A DNA stretch of 64,000 nt, taken from the NCBI GenBank assembly GCA_965197475.1, contig CBDANF010000003.1:2432001-2496000 (forward strand). The letters run 5' to 3'. Shown piece by piece: positions 1-9,825 of the stretch. The stretch comes from Candidatus Poribacteria bacterium. GTDB taxonomy: Bacteria; Poribacteria; WGA-4E; WGA-3G. Under the pieces are notes generated by a model. That model did not search any database. It had not been told where the DNA came from and saw only the letters and a list, made by a program, of their open reading frames with translations. Each line of letters begins with the position of its first letter. Position 1 is the first letter of the stretch. The translations under genes and the position numbers were made by a program.

Positions 1-1879
1 CGGTTGCCTTTTCTTTGCCGTTTAGTGCTTGGCAATCGTGAAACTTCTTTCTCCACCTTTGATTTTTAATGTCTATCGGGACAAACAGTTGTACTTGATG
101 CATGCCATCCTCATCTGCAATCGCAAATTGGAAAAGTCGTTGGTCTGAAGTATCCACCTGTGACACCTTCATCTCCATCTTGGGTCGTTTGTCAAAGAAA
201 GGTTGAGTTGGGTTAAAGAAACGACTCTTATCTAACCATTCTGCCTCACATCTGGACAATTTTGCCCACTTTTTTTTCCATGGCATCATATTGTTAACAC
301 GGTAGAAAAGACGTTTCAAAACGCTTGGTTCATACTGAGGCGGAAAATAAGGTAAACCGAAGGCATCTCTAAAAGTATATGCAACAGATTGCCGATCAAG
401 ATATTTAACGGAAGCATAGACAAGTCTACCATGGGTAATTCCTACAATTTCATTGTGCCAGATATTGTCTTTGATTCCTTCCTTGGCAGGGTACCAAAAT
501 GTTCCATTATTGCCCGTATGGAATAATTTCGGAACTGCCTGCCAAACTGCTGATATATCATCTACAACTGCAAGCCAGATATCGTTTGACAAATCAAAAT
601 TATTGATTTGATTTTCTTTTACAAGATATATCTTGGCTTTTCCGTTTTCATCGGTTTCAAACTTGAATGTTTTTCTACCGAAACCGTGGCGTTCCATCTC
701 ATCAGCGTAGAAGTCTTGAACCTCTCTTATTGATTTATCTAATTTTTCTGTTATGTTTGGGAAAGGTTCTTTATCTTTTGAAAGGAAGTAAATTATTCGG
801 ATAACATCGGAAGGGGGAGTAGCAGACTCTAATTGCTGAGAATTAAGTTGCCACACTTGGATAACACCATCCTCATTGCCACTGACGAGCAGACTTCCGT
901 CTTGCGTAAACGAAACATCCCGCGCTTCCGTTGGTATTGAGGTGATTGGTGCTCCATTTATAGTTGACCAGAGTTCTACGCCTCTTCCTGAATAGGATTG
1001 ATGATTCGCAGTGGCGCATGTCTTTCCATCTGGAGAAAACACCAAATTTTCAACATGTCCGCGTAGCACCTCACCCTTCCGTTGCCAACTTGGTAACTCC
1101 CACATGATATACCCCTTCACAGACGCAGAACTATACATGTCTTTCTCATGACCACCACTTACCATATATTTGTTGTTAGGTGAAAACTTTAGGAAATTCA
1201 TTTCTAACAGAGCTGTTTCCAGAGTCTTGACAAGTTTTTTGGTTTTTAGATTCCAAACGTTTACGTTTCCATTTGCATATCCAGTGGCAATCAATTTGCC
1301 ATCAGGTGAAATGTCTACAGCACGTGCCCAACTTCCGATTTTATGTGCTTCATCAAACGGTAGCGTGTCTATTTCCTTTATCTGCTTTGGATTCCGTATA
1401 TCCCACAGTTTTACTCCATTACGAACTGTCACGAGTTGATGTCCATCTGGCGAAAAAGCGAATTCACGCGAAGTCTCAAGAGAATTGAGTTTCCTTTCTG
1501 AAGCGACATCCCATAATATAAGCGTTCCAAAACCAGCACTTGCAAGCAATTCTCCTGTGGGTGAGAAACCAATGTGCGCAAACTGTCCGGGATGGCTAAG
1601 AATTTTCACTGGATCTATTGTGTTGTTTCTGTCCCACAACTTTATGGTGCCGTTTTGATCTGCACTTGCAATAAGGTTTCGATCCGATGGTGAAAATGCC
1701 ACAGAATATATTTCAGTGTTCTGATGGAATTCAGCTATGATCTTAGGTTTTTCAGGAAGTTGTGCAAATTCTTGTGGACTCAATTCATGAGGTTGTGAAC
1801 GTAAATTTAAAAACACCACTATTCCAATAACGATTATTACTAAAATGATGGACAGCACTACTATCTTTTTATTTTTCAT
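1..1879 (-). CDS. WD40-repeat protein with degenerate zincin-like C-terminal domain; 3' end runs off the window; tandem paralog of 1930..3936
   Basis: Absent from the ORF track because it has no stop inside the window. ATG at 1879 reads MKNKKIVVLSIILVIIVIGIVVF...; WD repeats (SVAFSP..LIASADQNGTIKLWD); long blocks identical to 1930..3936. Confidence 0.85.
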   Translation of the reverse strand, partial: MKNKKIVVLSIILVIIVIGIVVFLNLRSQPHELSPQEFAQLPEKPKIIAEFHQNTEIYSVAFSPSDRNLIASADQNGTIKLWDRNNTIDPVKILSHPGQFAHIGFSPTGELLASAGFGTLILWDVASERKLNSLETSREFAFSPDGHQLVTVRNGVKLWDIRNPKQIKEIDTLPFDEAHKIGSWARAVDISPDGKLIATGYANGNVNVWNLKTKKLVKTLETALLEMNFLKFSPNNKYMVSGGHEKDMYSSASVKGYIMWELPSWQRKGEVLRGHVENLVFSPDGKTCATANHQSYSGRGVELWSTINGAPITSIPTEARDVSFTQDGSLLVSGNEDGVIQVWQLNSQQLESATPPSDVIRIIYFLSKDKEPFPNITEKLDKSIREVQDFYADEMERHGFGRKTFKFETDENGKAKIYLVKENQINNFDLSNDIWLAVVDDISAVWQAVPKLFHTGNNGTFWYPAKEGIKDNIWHNEIVGITHGRLVYASVKYLDRQSVAYTFRDAFGLPYFPPQYEPSVLKRLFYRVNNMMPWKKKWAKLSRCEAEWLDKSRFFNPTQPFFDKRPKMEMKVSQVDTSDQRLFQFAIADEDGMHQVQLFVPIDIKNQRWRKKFHDCQALNGKEKAT

Positions 1880-1929
1880 TTTTCCTCTTTATTCGAAATG
1901 CTAAATGGAATTTGACATATCAATGAACC

Positions 1930-3936
1930 TTATGGCTTTTCTGAAGGTTCTGGTGTTTTCTCAGTAATACTGAATTTTCGTGATGCGATGTTTCCATGCA
2001 TGTCAATCATCCGAAGTTTAACAATCTTTATTTCAGGATATGTTATTTCAAAAGCAACGGTTGCCTTTTCTTTGCCGTTTAGTGCTTGGCAATCGTGAAA
2101 CTTCTTTCTCCACCTTTGATTTTTAATGTCTATCGGGACAAACAGTTGTACTTGATGCATGCCATCCTCATCTGCAACCTCAAATGTGAAGTGCCGCAAA
2201 CCGCTGTCTTTAGGGACGGATACACGCATATCCATTTTTGGGGCTTTGTCAAAGAAAGGTTGGTTTGGGTTAAAGAAACGACTCCTATCTAACCATTCAG
2301 CTTCACACCTTGACAATTTTGTCCATTGTTTTCCCCAAGGCATCTTGTTATTAATATGGGAGAAAAGACGTTTCAATGAGTTTCGCTCATATTCAGATTG
2401 AACATAAGGCACACCAAAGACACCTCTTAGAACATACGCGACAGACTCCCGATCAAGGGATTTAACGAAAACTTGGACATTTTTTCCAGGGGCGATTCCT
2501 TCAATATATCCTCTCCACACATTGTCTTTGGTAGAATAGGCATCATTGCTGGTGTACCGAAATGTATGAAAACGACTCATAACGTTGTATAATTGAAGAA
2601 CAGGCTGAAAAGTCCCTGATATGTCATCTATAATTGAGAGCCAGATGCCGTTTGGTAAAACAGTATTGGTTTGATAATATTTACCAAGATATATCTTGGC
2701 TTTTCCATTTTCATCGGTTTCAAAATTAAATGTTTTTCTGCCAAATCCGTGTCGTTCCATCTCATCCGCGTAGAAGTCTTGGACTTCTCTAATTGATTTA
2801 TCCAATTTTTCTGTAATGTTTGGGAAAGGTTCTTTATCTTTCGGAAGGAAGTAAACTATCCTGACAACATCAGCAGGGGGAGTGGCTAACGCTAATTGCT
2901 GATAATTCAGTTGCCACACTTGGATAACACCATCCTGATTGCCACTGACGAGCAGACTTCCGTCTTGCGTAAACGAAACATCCCGCGCTTCCGTTGGTAT
3001 TGAGGTGATTGGTGCTCCATTCTCAACTGACCAAAGCTCTACTCCCCTCCCTGAAAAAGACATCTGATTCGCACCCACGCATACCTTTTCATCTGGAGAG
3101 AACACTAAATTTTCGATGTGTCCCCGTTGCACCTCCCCGTAGCGTTGCCAACTTGGTAATTTCCACATGATATAACCTCCCGGATTCATCATTTTGAACT
3201 CCTGATCTCCACTTACCAAGTAATTGTTTTTAGGTGAAAACTTAAGATATCCCATCTTTATAAAGGGTGATCTTAAAAGTCTTACATGTTGTTTAGTACG
3301 AAGATCCCAAACGTTCACGTCTCCATTAGCGTATCCTGCAGCAATCAGTTTGCCATCTGTTGAGATGGTTACTGCACATGCCCAACTTCCGATTTTATGT
3401 GCTTCATCAAACGGTAGCGTGCCTATTTCCCTTATCTGCTTTGGATTCCGGATGTCCCACAGTTTAGCTCCATTACGAACTGTCGCGAGTTGATTTCCAT
3501 CCGGTGAAAAAGCGAATTCATTTCTGGAGGTGTCAAGTGTATTGATTTTGTTTCCTGAAGCGACATCCCATAATATAAGCGTTCCAAAACCAGCACTTGC
3601 AAGCAATTCTCCTGTGGGTGAGAAACCAATGTGCGCAAACTGTCCGGGATGGCTAAGAATTTTCACTGGATCTATTGTGTTGTTTCTGTCCCACAACTTT
3701 ATGGTACCGTTTTGATCTACACTTGCAATAAGGTTTTGATCCGATGGTGAAAACGCGACAGAATAAATACTTGGACCGTAGTTAAATTCGTCTATGAGTT
3801 TAGGTTTTTCAGGCAGCTGCGCGAATTTTGGTGGAATCAATTCCTGCTGCTGTGGACGTGAGATGAAATACGCTGTGGTGCTAACAACTGCTATTACCAC
3901 AACAATGAATAAAGCAAAAATTATTTTAGTTTTCAT
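1930..3936 (-). CDS. N-terminally anchored WD40-repeat protein with C-terminal metallopeptidase-like (apparently inactive) domain
   Basis: Hydrophobic N-terminus, about 7 WD repeats, then a VRIVYFLP..VQDFYADEMERHGFGRKTF domain without HExxH. Confidence 0.85.
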   Translation of the reverse strand: MKTKIIFALFIVVVIAVVSTTAYFISRPQQQELIPPKFAQLPEKPKLIDEFNYGPSIYSVAFSPSDQNLIASVDQNGTIKLWDRNNTIDPVKILSHPGQFAHIGFSPTGELLASAGFGTLILWDVASGNKINTLDTSRNEFAFSPDGNQLATVRNGAKLWDIRNPKQIREIGTLPFDEAHKIGSWACAVTISTDGKLIAAGYANGDVNVWDLRTKQHVRLLRSPFIKMGYLKFSPKNNYLVSGDQEFKMMNPGGYIMWKLPSWQRYGEVQRGHIENLVFSPDEKVCVGANQMSFSGRGVELWSVENGAPITSIPTEARDVSFTQDGSLLVSGNQDGVIQVWQLNYQQLALATPPADVVRIVYFLPKDKEPFPNITEKLDKSIREVQDFYADEMERHGFGRKTFNFETDENGKAKIYLGKYYQTNTVLPNGIWLSIIDDISGTFQPVLQLYNVMSRFHTFRYTSNDAYSTKDNVWRGYIEGIAPGKNVQVFVKSLDRESVAYVLRGVFGVPYVQSEYERNSLKRLFSHINNKMPWGKQWTKLSRCEAEWLDRSRFFNPNQPFFDKAPKMDMRVSVPKDSGLRHFTFEVADEDGMHQVQLFVPIDIKNQRWRKKFHDCQALNGKEKATVAFEITYPEIKIVKLRMIDMHGNIASRKFSITEKTPEPSEKP

Positions 3937-5102
3937 TTTAGTTTCTCCATGTCCCAGAGTCGAAGAACACCACCATAACCCCCACCTGCAAGCATGCTAC
4001 TATCTTGTGAAAATGTAATTGCCATTGCTCCACCTAAATATCCTTTACCTTTCAGCAAGGCGATAGGCGTAAGACTTTCAATAGTCAAGAGAGTTACCTC
4101 GCCAACATCTGAAATGGCAAGAATCTTTCCATCAGGCGAAAATGCAAGATCGCTGATGTATCGATCACTCACATCATGGTAGATTTGCACTTCCGGTAAG
4201 CTCCATATAGTAAATCCCTTCCATTTACCATAGGTTTTAATACCGATAAATCTTCCGTCACAAGAAAACTTTACATCTCGGAGAAAACCCATGTGAGTAT
4301 CCTCCAATAACTTTATACGTCGATTATGCTGTACATCCCATAATATCAAACTAAAGTGTTCAGCAGCAGCAATCCAACGTCCATCAGGGGAAAAGATTAT
4401 ATCTTTCAACCATTCGTGGCTATCATGTGGAACCGATAATGTCTTGACAAATTGCTTTTGTTCTAAATCCCAAAATTTAATGTCGCCGTTCTCATATCTA
4501 ATAGCAAGCCATTTACCGTTAGGTGAAAAGTCAGCACATTGCATAGAATTGTGATATCTGGTATGATGAATCTCCGTTATCTCCGTTATTTCCGTTATTT
4601 CATTTGGATTCCGAATGTCCCACAACTTCATACGTTCCCGATAAACGGTTGCAAGGCTATCCGCAGTTGGAGAAATAACAGCTGCCTGCTGGTATCTTTC
4701 CTTAGGCACTTTTATTTTCGCACCTGAAAACGTATCCCACAATATTGTTTTTCCATGCAGCCCTTTACTGACAAGCAATTTACCTGTGTGTAAAAAATCT
4801 ATTGATACGAGCTTCTCTTCATTGTCGATTAGGGTTGTTGTTGCGGTATCCGGGTTATTTCTGTTCCATAGTTTTATGTTATTGTCATCACCTGCACTTG
4901 CAATGATATCTGGATTAGATGGAGAAAATTCAACGTCTTGAATCTGGGCACCATGATTGAATTCCGCAAGCGGTGCAATAGGTCTCATGCGTTCCAGTAT
5001 CGTTTTTTGATTATCGTTCCACTGTTGCCACGTTGAAAACGCTAAAACCCCTACGACTATTAGAATAGCGATGAATAGGAACACTATTTTTTGCGGTTTC
5101 AT
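3933..5102 (-). CDS. WD40-repeat protein with N-terminal signal/anchor
   Basis: Repeated FSPDG..LA..G...LWD motifs; overlaps the next gene by 4 bp. Confidence 0.9.
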   Translation of the reverse strand: MKPQKIVFLFIAILIVVGVLAFSTWQQWNDNQKTILERMRPIAPLAEFNHGAQIQDVEFSPSNPDIIASAGDDNNIKLWNRNNPDTATTTLIDNEEKLVSIDFLHTGKLLVSKGLHGKTILWDTFSGAKIKVPKERYQQAAVISPTADSLATVYRERMKLWDIRNPNEITEITEITEIHHTRYHNSMQCADFSPNGKWLAIRYENGDIKFWDLEQKQFVKTLSVPHDSHEWLKDIIFSPDGRWIAAAEHFSLILWDVQHNRRIKLLEDTHMGFLRDVKFSCDGRFIGIKTYGKWKGFTIWSLPEVQIYHDVSDRYISDLAFSPDGKILAISDVGEVTLLTIESLTPIALLKGKGYLGGAMAITFSQDSSMLAGGGYGGVLRLWDMEKLK

Positions 5103-5152
5103 TTGTGTGTCTCCAGAAACTTATGAGTAAGTTATAGAGCAAGATTCTTCTG

Positions 5153-5974
5153 TTATTCCACGGCAACAATTGCAATCTTCCAGCGGTCTGCTTGTTGGAA
5201 TAGGTTCTCCGGAGCCATCACGAAGGTGCGCTTTGCCTCAACTGCCAAAACGCTGCCTCTGACAGCATGCAATGTCTGGAGCGTTTGCATGCCTACCGTC
5301 GGAACGTCAATACGGAAATCGTGGTTTTCAGCGGCAGCTTTGGCAACCACAACTCCTTTTCCTCCCAAATTTCCACCCCTCTCAATTGTGGTGTCTGTTC
5401 CCTCAATAGCTTCAATAGCGAGGATAATCTGATTTTTGATAACAACAGTCTGACCGATATCAAGGTTCGCTATCTGTCGAGCGGTTTCTATTCCAACTTT
5501 TATATCTGCCCACTGTGCAGTATTCGGTTTGCGTTTTGTGAGAACACCGGATTCTGGTAATAAATGCGATAGAAAAAGATCTTGTTTGAGGACAGAAAGT
5601 CCTTTGGTTTGAAAGTGTTCAAGGACAGCCGCAACAATTGCGGAAGGTTTTTGGCTACGATTCTGTGCCAAAATCTTGATTGCTGTCGCATCAACTTGAA
5701 AGGGACGCAGTAGAATACTTGGTTCAATTTTTCCAATAATGACAAGTTCTTTTACGTTTAAATCAAGTAGTTTTTGCGTGATTTTCTGAATTTGTCCGAC
5801 ACCGTAAGTATAGAGTTCACAAGGTATATCAGTGAAACGTTGTTCATCTGTTTTAGTGATTTGTATGATTATCGGTTTTCGACCTTGTGCAGCAGCACTT
5901 TGTGCCACAAGAATTGGAAGTTCTCCTGCTCCTGCGATAATACCGAGTTTTTCCACGTCATTTGTTCCGTTCAT
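5153..5974 (-). CDS. lpxI: UDP-2,3-diacylglucosamine diphosphatase LpxI family
   Basis: LGIIAGAGELP, DIGQTVV, AIEAIEGTD and DFRIDVPTVG motifs typical of LpxI (DUF1009). Confidence 0.85.
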   Translation of the reverse strand: MNGTNDVEKLGIIAGAGELPILVAQSAAAQGRKPIIIQITKTDEQRFTDIPCELYTYGVGQIQKITQKLLDLNVKELVIIGKIEPSILLRPFQVDATAIKILAQNRSQKPSAIVAAVLEHFQTKGLSVLKQDLFLSHLLPESGVLTKRKPNTAQWADIKVGIETARQIANLDIGQTVVIKNQIILAIEAIEGTDTTIERGGNLGGKGVVVAKAAAENHDFRIDVPTVGMQTLQTLHAVRGSVLAVEAKRTFVMAPENLFQQADRWKIAIVAVE

Positions 5975-6019
5975 ACAACTTTTGTGAAGAGGGTAGTTAT
6001 CAACTTCCGGATGTTTTTA

Positions 6020-7261
6020 CTATGTGTGGCGAATTGCATCAATTGGACTTAATTTTGCTGCTTGGCTGGCGGGGTAATAACCGAAAAAGATCCCAACAGC
6101 TGTTCCTGCTGCAACAGAAGTGAGCACAGATTTTATGGTAATCACCGAAGGCCATCCGATCATTCCCTTCATGAATTTGCCGACTGCCCACGCAAACCCT
6201 TGTCCGACTAACGCCCCTAATGCGATACCGAGCAGACTTCCGATGAGACACAAAAGTATCGATTCAGTTAGAAATTGGAACCGAATTTGATAGCTTTTGG
6301 CACCTACAGCTTTCCGCAATCCAATCTCCGGTATCCGTTCTGTTACTGAAACAAGCATAATATTCAGAATACCGATGCCGCCTACAATCAACGAAACTGA
6401 AGCGATGATGACTAACACCAGCTCTATGATAAAAATAGTTTTTTTCGCGCTTTCAATGCCTTTCTGTGCTTGCCATGTTCTAAAAAACGTGTCATCCCCG
6501 CCGTGGTTGCGTCTAATTACGGTTTGCACCTCTTTAACTGCTTGGTCTACAACAAGAGGGCTTTTAGCACGCACCATAATATGTCCGACGTTGTCGTGTC
6601 CCCAAAACCTCGTTTGGGCGGTAGTAATCGGAATAAAGATCATATTGTCATCACTTTTGCCTGCCTCTAACCCGGGGCCACGACTTTCCATAATGCCGAT
6701 AACAGTAAAACGTTTGTTATTGATCCCGACTTCCTTTCCGATCGGATCCATCCCCTTGAACTGTTCTTTCCAGACTTGTGAACCAATCACACAGACCTTA
6801 TTCCAGAGGTCCATGTCGGTATCCGCAAGGAATCTGCCATATTCGGCATGCCACTGTCGGACTCCTTGATATTCAACTGTGGTTGCTCGCATATAGGTCG
6901 GTCGGTGTCTTCCCTCAGCTTCAAAGTTGATGTAGTAACTTCCTTCTACGGTGGCTATTTCAACGGATGGGCACTGTTGTAGAATATCACGTAGATCCGT
7001 CATATTTAGATAATGTGGACTTGTGTTTCGTTGCCACCGATGATTGCGCCTAATCATTCCCGGGCGGTAGACTCCAAACATACTGGGTCCACCAATCTTT
7101 TCAAATTCTAACATCACGAGTTTTTCTGCACCCGCACCTAACGACATCATAGCGATTACGCCTGCAATTCCGATCGTGATCCCTAAAAGTGTCAGAATTG
7201 TGCGGAGCTTGCTTGCACGAAGTGCTGAAAACGCTGTGAGTAGGTTCTCTATAATTCTCAT
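6020..7261 (-). CDS. ABC transporter permease, MacB/FtsX family
   Basis: LRTILTLLGITIGIAGVI, GGIGILNIMLVSVTERIPEIGLRKAVGA and GYYPASQAAKLSPIDAIR motifs. Confidence 0.92.
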   Translation of the reverse strand: MRIIENLLTAFSALRASKLRTILTLLGITIGIAGVIAMMSLGAGAEKLVMLEFEKIGGPSMFGVYRPGMIRRNHRWQRNTSPHYLNMTDLRDILQQCPSVEIATVEGSYYINFEAEGRHRPTYMRATTVEYQGVRQWHAEYGRFLADTDMDLWNKVCVIGSQVWKEQFKGMDPIGKEVGINNKRFTVIGIMESRGPGLEAGKSDDNMIFIPITTAQTRFWGHDNVGHIMVRAKSPLVVDQAVKEVQTVIRRNHGGDDTFFRTWQAQKGIESAKKTIFIIELVLVIIASVSLIVGGIGILNIMLVSVTERIPEIGLRKAVGAKSYQIRFQFLTESILLCLIGSLLGIALGALVGQGFAWAVGKFMKGMIGWPSVITIKSVLTSVAAGTAVGIFFGYYPASQAAKLSPIDAIRHT

Positions 7262-7447
7262 TTTCCCCCATTCGTGATGAATACCTGACTACAAGACGCT
7301 AAACGGAATTTCGCAGATGGATAACTAACTTATTGCGTCTGTTTACGAAACGTGTTAAAATGGCAAAACGAATTTATCCAACTAATGTATATTCACAGTA
7401 TACTACAAAACAAATAAACATGCAAATTTCTTGGAGACAGATTAGTT

Positions 7448-9283
7448 GTGGAAACGAATTTTTCCTATATTCCAAATGGTTCCCTGCTAACCTATCCAGG
7501 TATACAAGGGTTTACAGCACATCAAGCTGAATTAGACAAACTTGCCCGGTTTAAAAAGCAAGCTTGGATTCATTTGGATTCTGCAACCATTCAGACGCGC
7601 TACCGACTCAAGGTTGTAGAGTTGCATTTCACAGTATCAGAAACAGCTGAGTCTATTCAGGAGAATTTGCGAAAAGTTTTTTCTGACAAAAAATTGGCAG
7701 GTGGTGAGGAATCATTTAATCAATTCTATCTTATTGCCCAAGTACCTACAGACGCGTTATTCTATAACATCACGGATTACGTTCAACGTTGTATGATGGG
7801 CGATCTTTCAATTGCAGAGCGGTTACATGATAGAGCAGTGCTTTACATCTATCAGTCTGAAGAAGACGCTGATGACTTACTAAGTGATTCTGGTGTTAGT
7901 GCCTTTATTAACAGGGTTTTGGCGAGTTATGTAGCGTCTTATGGTACAGATGCGATTATCGGTTTTGCTGTTGATCTACCGCACTTTCTGTCTGTATTTG
8001 AAGCGGATGGCGCATCAATACCGTGGAGTAGTGTGTTGTTGAAGCAAATTCGGGAAGAAAACTTTAAGGATAGCCGTAAGTCTTCAACAGATGCTCGTGG
8101 AAGTTTTTTGCCTTTTCTTTTTTATGAAAAGTATAATTCGCCGGTAATCAGAAGTTTTTTCTGGCAGGCTTTGACATCGCAGTTCGCGCAAAGTTTCCTT
8201 GGTGGGTTAAGAAATTTCTGTCACCAGCACCACTTAAGATTAGCGGTAACACTACAGGAAAGTGCAAGGTCATTGCAGTATGAATTGGGGACGCTTTTGG
8301 AGCAGGTGGATTGTCCAATTCTCATCTCTGCAGAGTCGGATACGCCGCGCCGCTTTGTTGTTGCTAAGTCTGTGTGTAGCAATGCGCGGCATGCTGGGAT
8401 TTTGCGGAAGGAGACATACACATTTAATCAATGCGTCAAAGATGCTATCCTCGGTTTCAATCAGTGGATATCAAACAGAATAACGAATAACTATTCTGAT
8501 TCCGACGCGTATCAATCTCTTGGTCAATTACTACAAGTTGGGCATCCGAAGCGGTCGATTTTAATGTTAGCACCCACACAGAGCTTATGGATGAAACCAG
8601 ATGAGAAGCAGTGGAATAACATAACAAAAGCATGGGGATGGTTGTGTGAAACAGTATGGAACATGGGCTATGATTTTGATATTGTCTCTGAAGCACAAAT
8701 CTTTGGTGCTACAGTAGATAAGAAAAAAGGAGAGATATGTTTAAATGAAAACAAATATGGCTTGATATTACTGCCAAGTTGTTTATCGCTGCATCAAACG
8801 ACTGTAAAACGATTAGCGGAATTATTGAAGGCGAAAGGAAGACTCATTGTCAATGCACCGGTTCCTTATCTGCTAAATGGAAAAATTGGACTTGCCCCGT
8901 ATCTACTGGAACACCTAATTTACAGTCGGCGGACCACTATTTTAGATGGACCGCAGAGTGAAAGGGAAACGGATCTCAGAAAATATATCAGAAAATGGGT
9001 CTATCCTGATATTTCCGTTTTTACAGGACAAGAAAATCAACTAACAGAAGTCGTGCAAGTACTTCACAGAAAACATGGGGATTATCATACGTTCTATCTG
9101 TTCAATACGGCAGAGAGACCGATTGAAACATTAGTTGAGATAACGGGTGAAGCAGAAGTCGTTGATGAACGTCTTTTGCAGACGGGGGAACAGGTGTCGT
9201 TAACCTTTTGGCATGCGAATGGAAAGACGTATCTGAATTGCACGTTTGACCCAGAACAAGGTAGGCTTTTTGTCGTTTCTTAA
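7448..9283 (+). CDS. Hypothetical protein, possibly a divergent glycoside-hydrolase-like protein
   Basis: 611-aa ORF; the GYDFDIVSE...YGLILLP segment resembles the trimerisation/GATase-like domain of some GHs, and YLFN near the C-terminus fits. Weak call. Confidence 0.45.
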   Translation: METNFSYIPNGSLLTYPGIQGFTAHQAELDKLARFKKQAWIHLDSATIQTRYRLKVVELHFTVSETAESIQENLRKVFSDKKLAGGEESFNQFYLIAQVPTDALFYNITDYVQRCMMGDLSIAERLHDRAVLYIYQSEEDADDLLSDSGVSAFINRVLASYVASYGTDAIIGFAVDLPHFLSVFEADGASIPWSSVLLKQIREENFKDSRKSSTDARGSFLPFLFYEKYNSPVIRSFFWQALTSQFAQSFLGGLRNFCHQHHLRLAVTLQESARSLQYELGTLLEQVDCPILISAESDTPRRFVVAKSVCSNARHAGILRKETYTFNQCVKDAILGFNQWISNRITNNYSDSDAYQSLGQLLQVGHPKRSILMLAPTQSLWMKPDEKQWNNITKAWGWLCETVWNMGYDFDIVSEAQIFGATVDKKKGEICLNENKYGLILLPSCLSLHQTTVKRLAELLKAKGRLIVNAPVPYLLNGKIGLAPYLLEHLIYSRRTTILDGPQSERETDLRKYIRKWVYPDISVFTGQENQLTEVVQVLHRKHGDYHTFYLFNTAERPIETLVEITGEAEVVDERLLQTGEQVSLTFWHANGKTYLNCTFDPEQGRLFVVS

Positions 9284-9286
9284 AAC

Positions 9287-9462
9287 CAGGACTTACGCAT
9301 TTTCTCTTAAAGTCCCCCTGATAAGGGGGACTTAGGGGGTTAAAAACACGGAAATAACGACTTTGAACTGCGGGATGGACGCATAAGTGGTAGACTCCTT
9401 GATGGCATCTGCCAGTTTAACCCCCCTAACCCCCCTTATCAAGGGGGAATGCGTAAGTCCTG
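9287..9462. mobile_element. MITE type A (TIR CAGGACTTACGCA) with 5-bp target duplication AAAAC
   Basis: Perfect 13-bp TIRs; AAAAC at 9282-9286 and 9463-9467; internal CCCCCT.AT.AGGGGG hairpins; related copies at 14341 and 18493. Confidence 0.85.
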
Positions 9463-9469
9463 AAAACAT

Positions 9470-9825
9470 TATACCATTTCTAAGAGATTGTATTGCATTA
9501 TTCGTCCGTCGGGTAGCACTTGCGATACCCTTATGCGTCAAGTTTAGTGTTATGCGGTGGAAAAAATGGGCACCTCATGCAGCATGCCATAAGCGCATGC
9601 TGCCCCTCTGGGGCTTGGTAAACACAGACATCAGCTGCTGGACACCTCATGCAGCATGCCATAAGCGCATGCTGCCTCTCCGAAGCTATAGTCAATCGTA
9701 TTCAGCACCAGCGGTGCGGAAGGTGTATAGAAAAGTATACCACAAGAAACCAAGCACCAGCGGTGCGAAAGGTGTATGGTATAAAACAAGCTATTATGAT
9801 ATTTTGTCAATTAGATATGGTATTA
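9470..9825. mobile_element. IS630-type MITE carrying REP-like repeats
   Basis: Ends TATACCATTTCTAA and TTAGATATGGTATTA match the TIR (TAATACCATTTCT) of the IS630 at 49200-50358. The right end coincides with the stop codon of the Wza-like gene. Confidence 0.6.
9571..9777. repeat. REP-like repeat cluster
   Basis: 34-bp CACCTCATGCAGCATGCCATAAGCGCATGCTGCC at 9571 and 9643; AGCACCAGCGGTGCG(G/A)AAGGTGTAT at 9704 and 9753; related units at about 25892 and 44950-45025. Confidence 0.8.

Noticed and set aside
1-3936. Diversity-generating retroelement (TR/VR) explanation for the repeats
   Set aside because: No reverse transcriptase in the window; differences are not adenine-restricted and include indels.
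9571-9676. Possible mini-CRISPR (34-bp palindromic repeat, 38-bp spacer)
   Set aside because: Only two units, no cas genes, similarity continues past the repeat into REP-like hairpins, and it lies inside a MITE.
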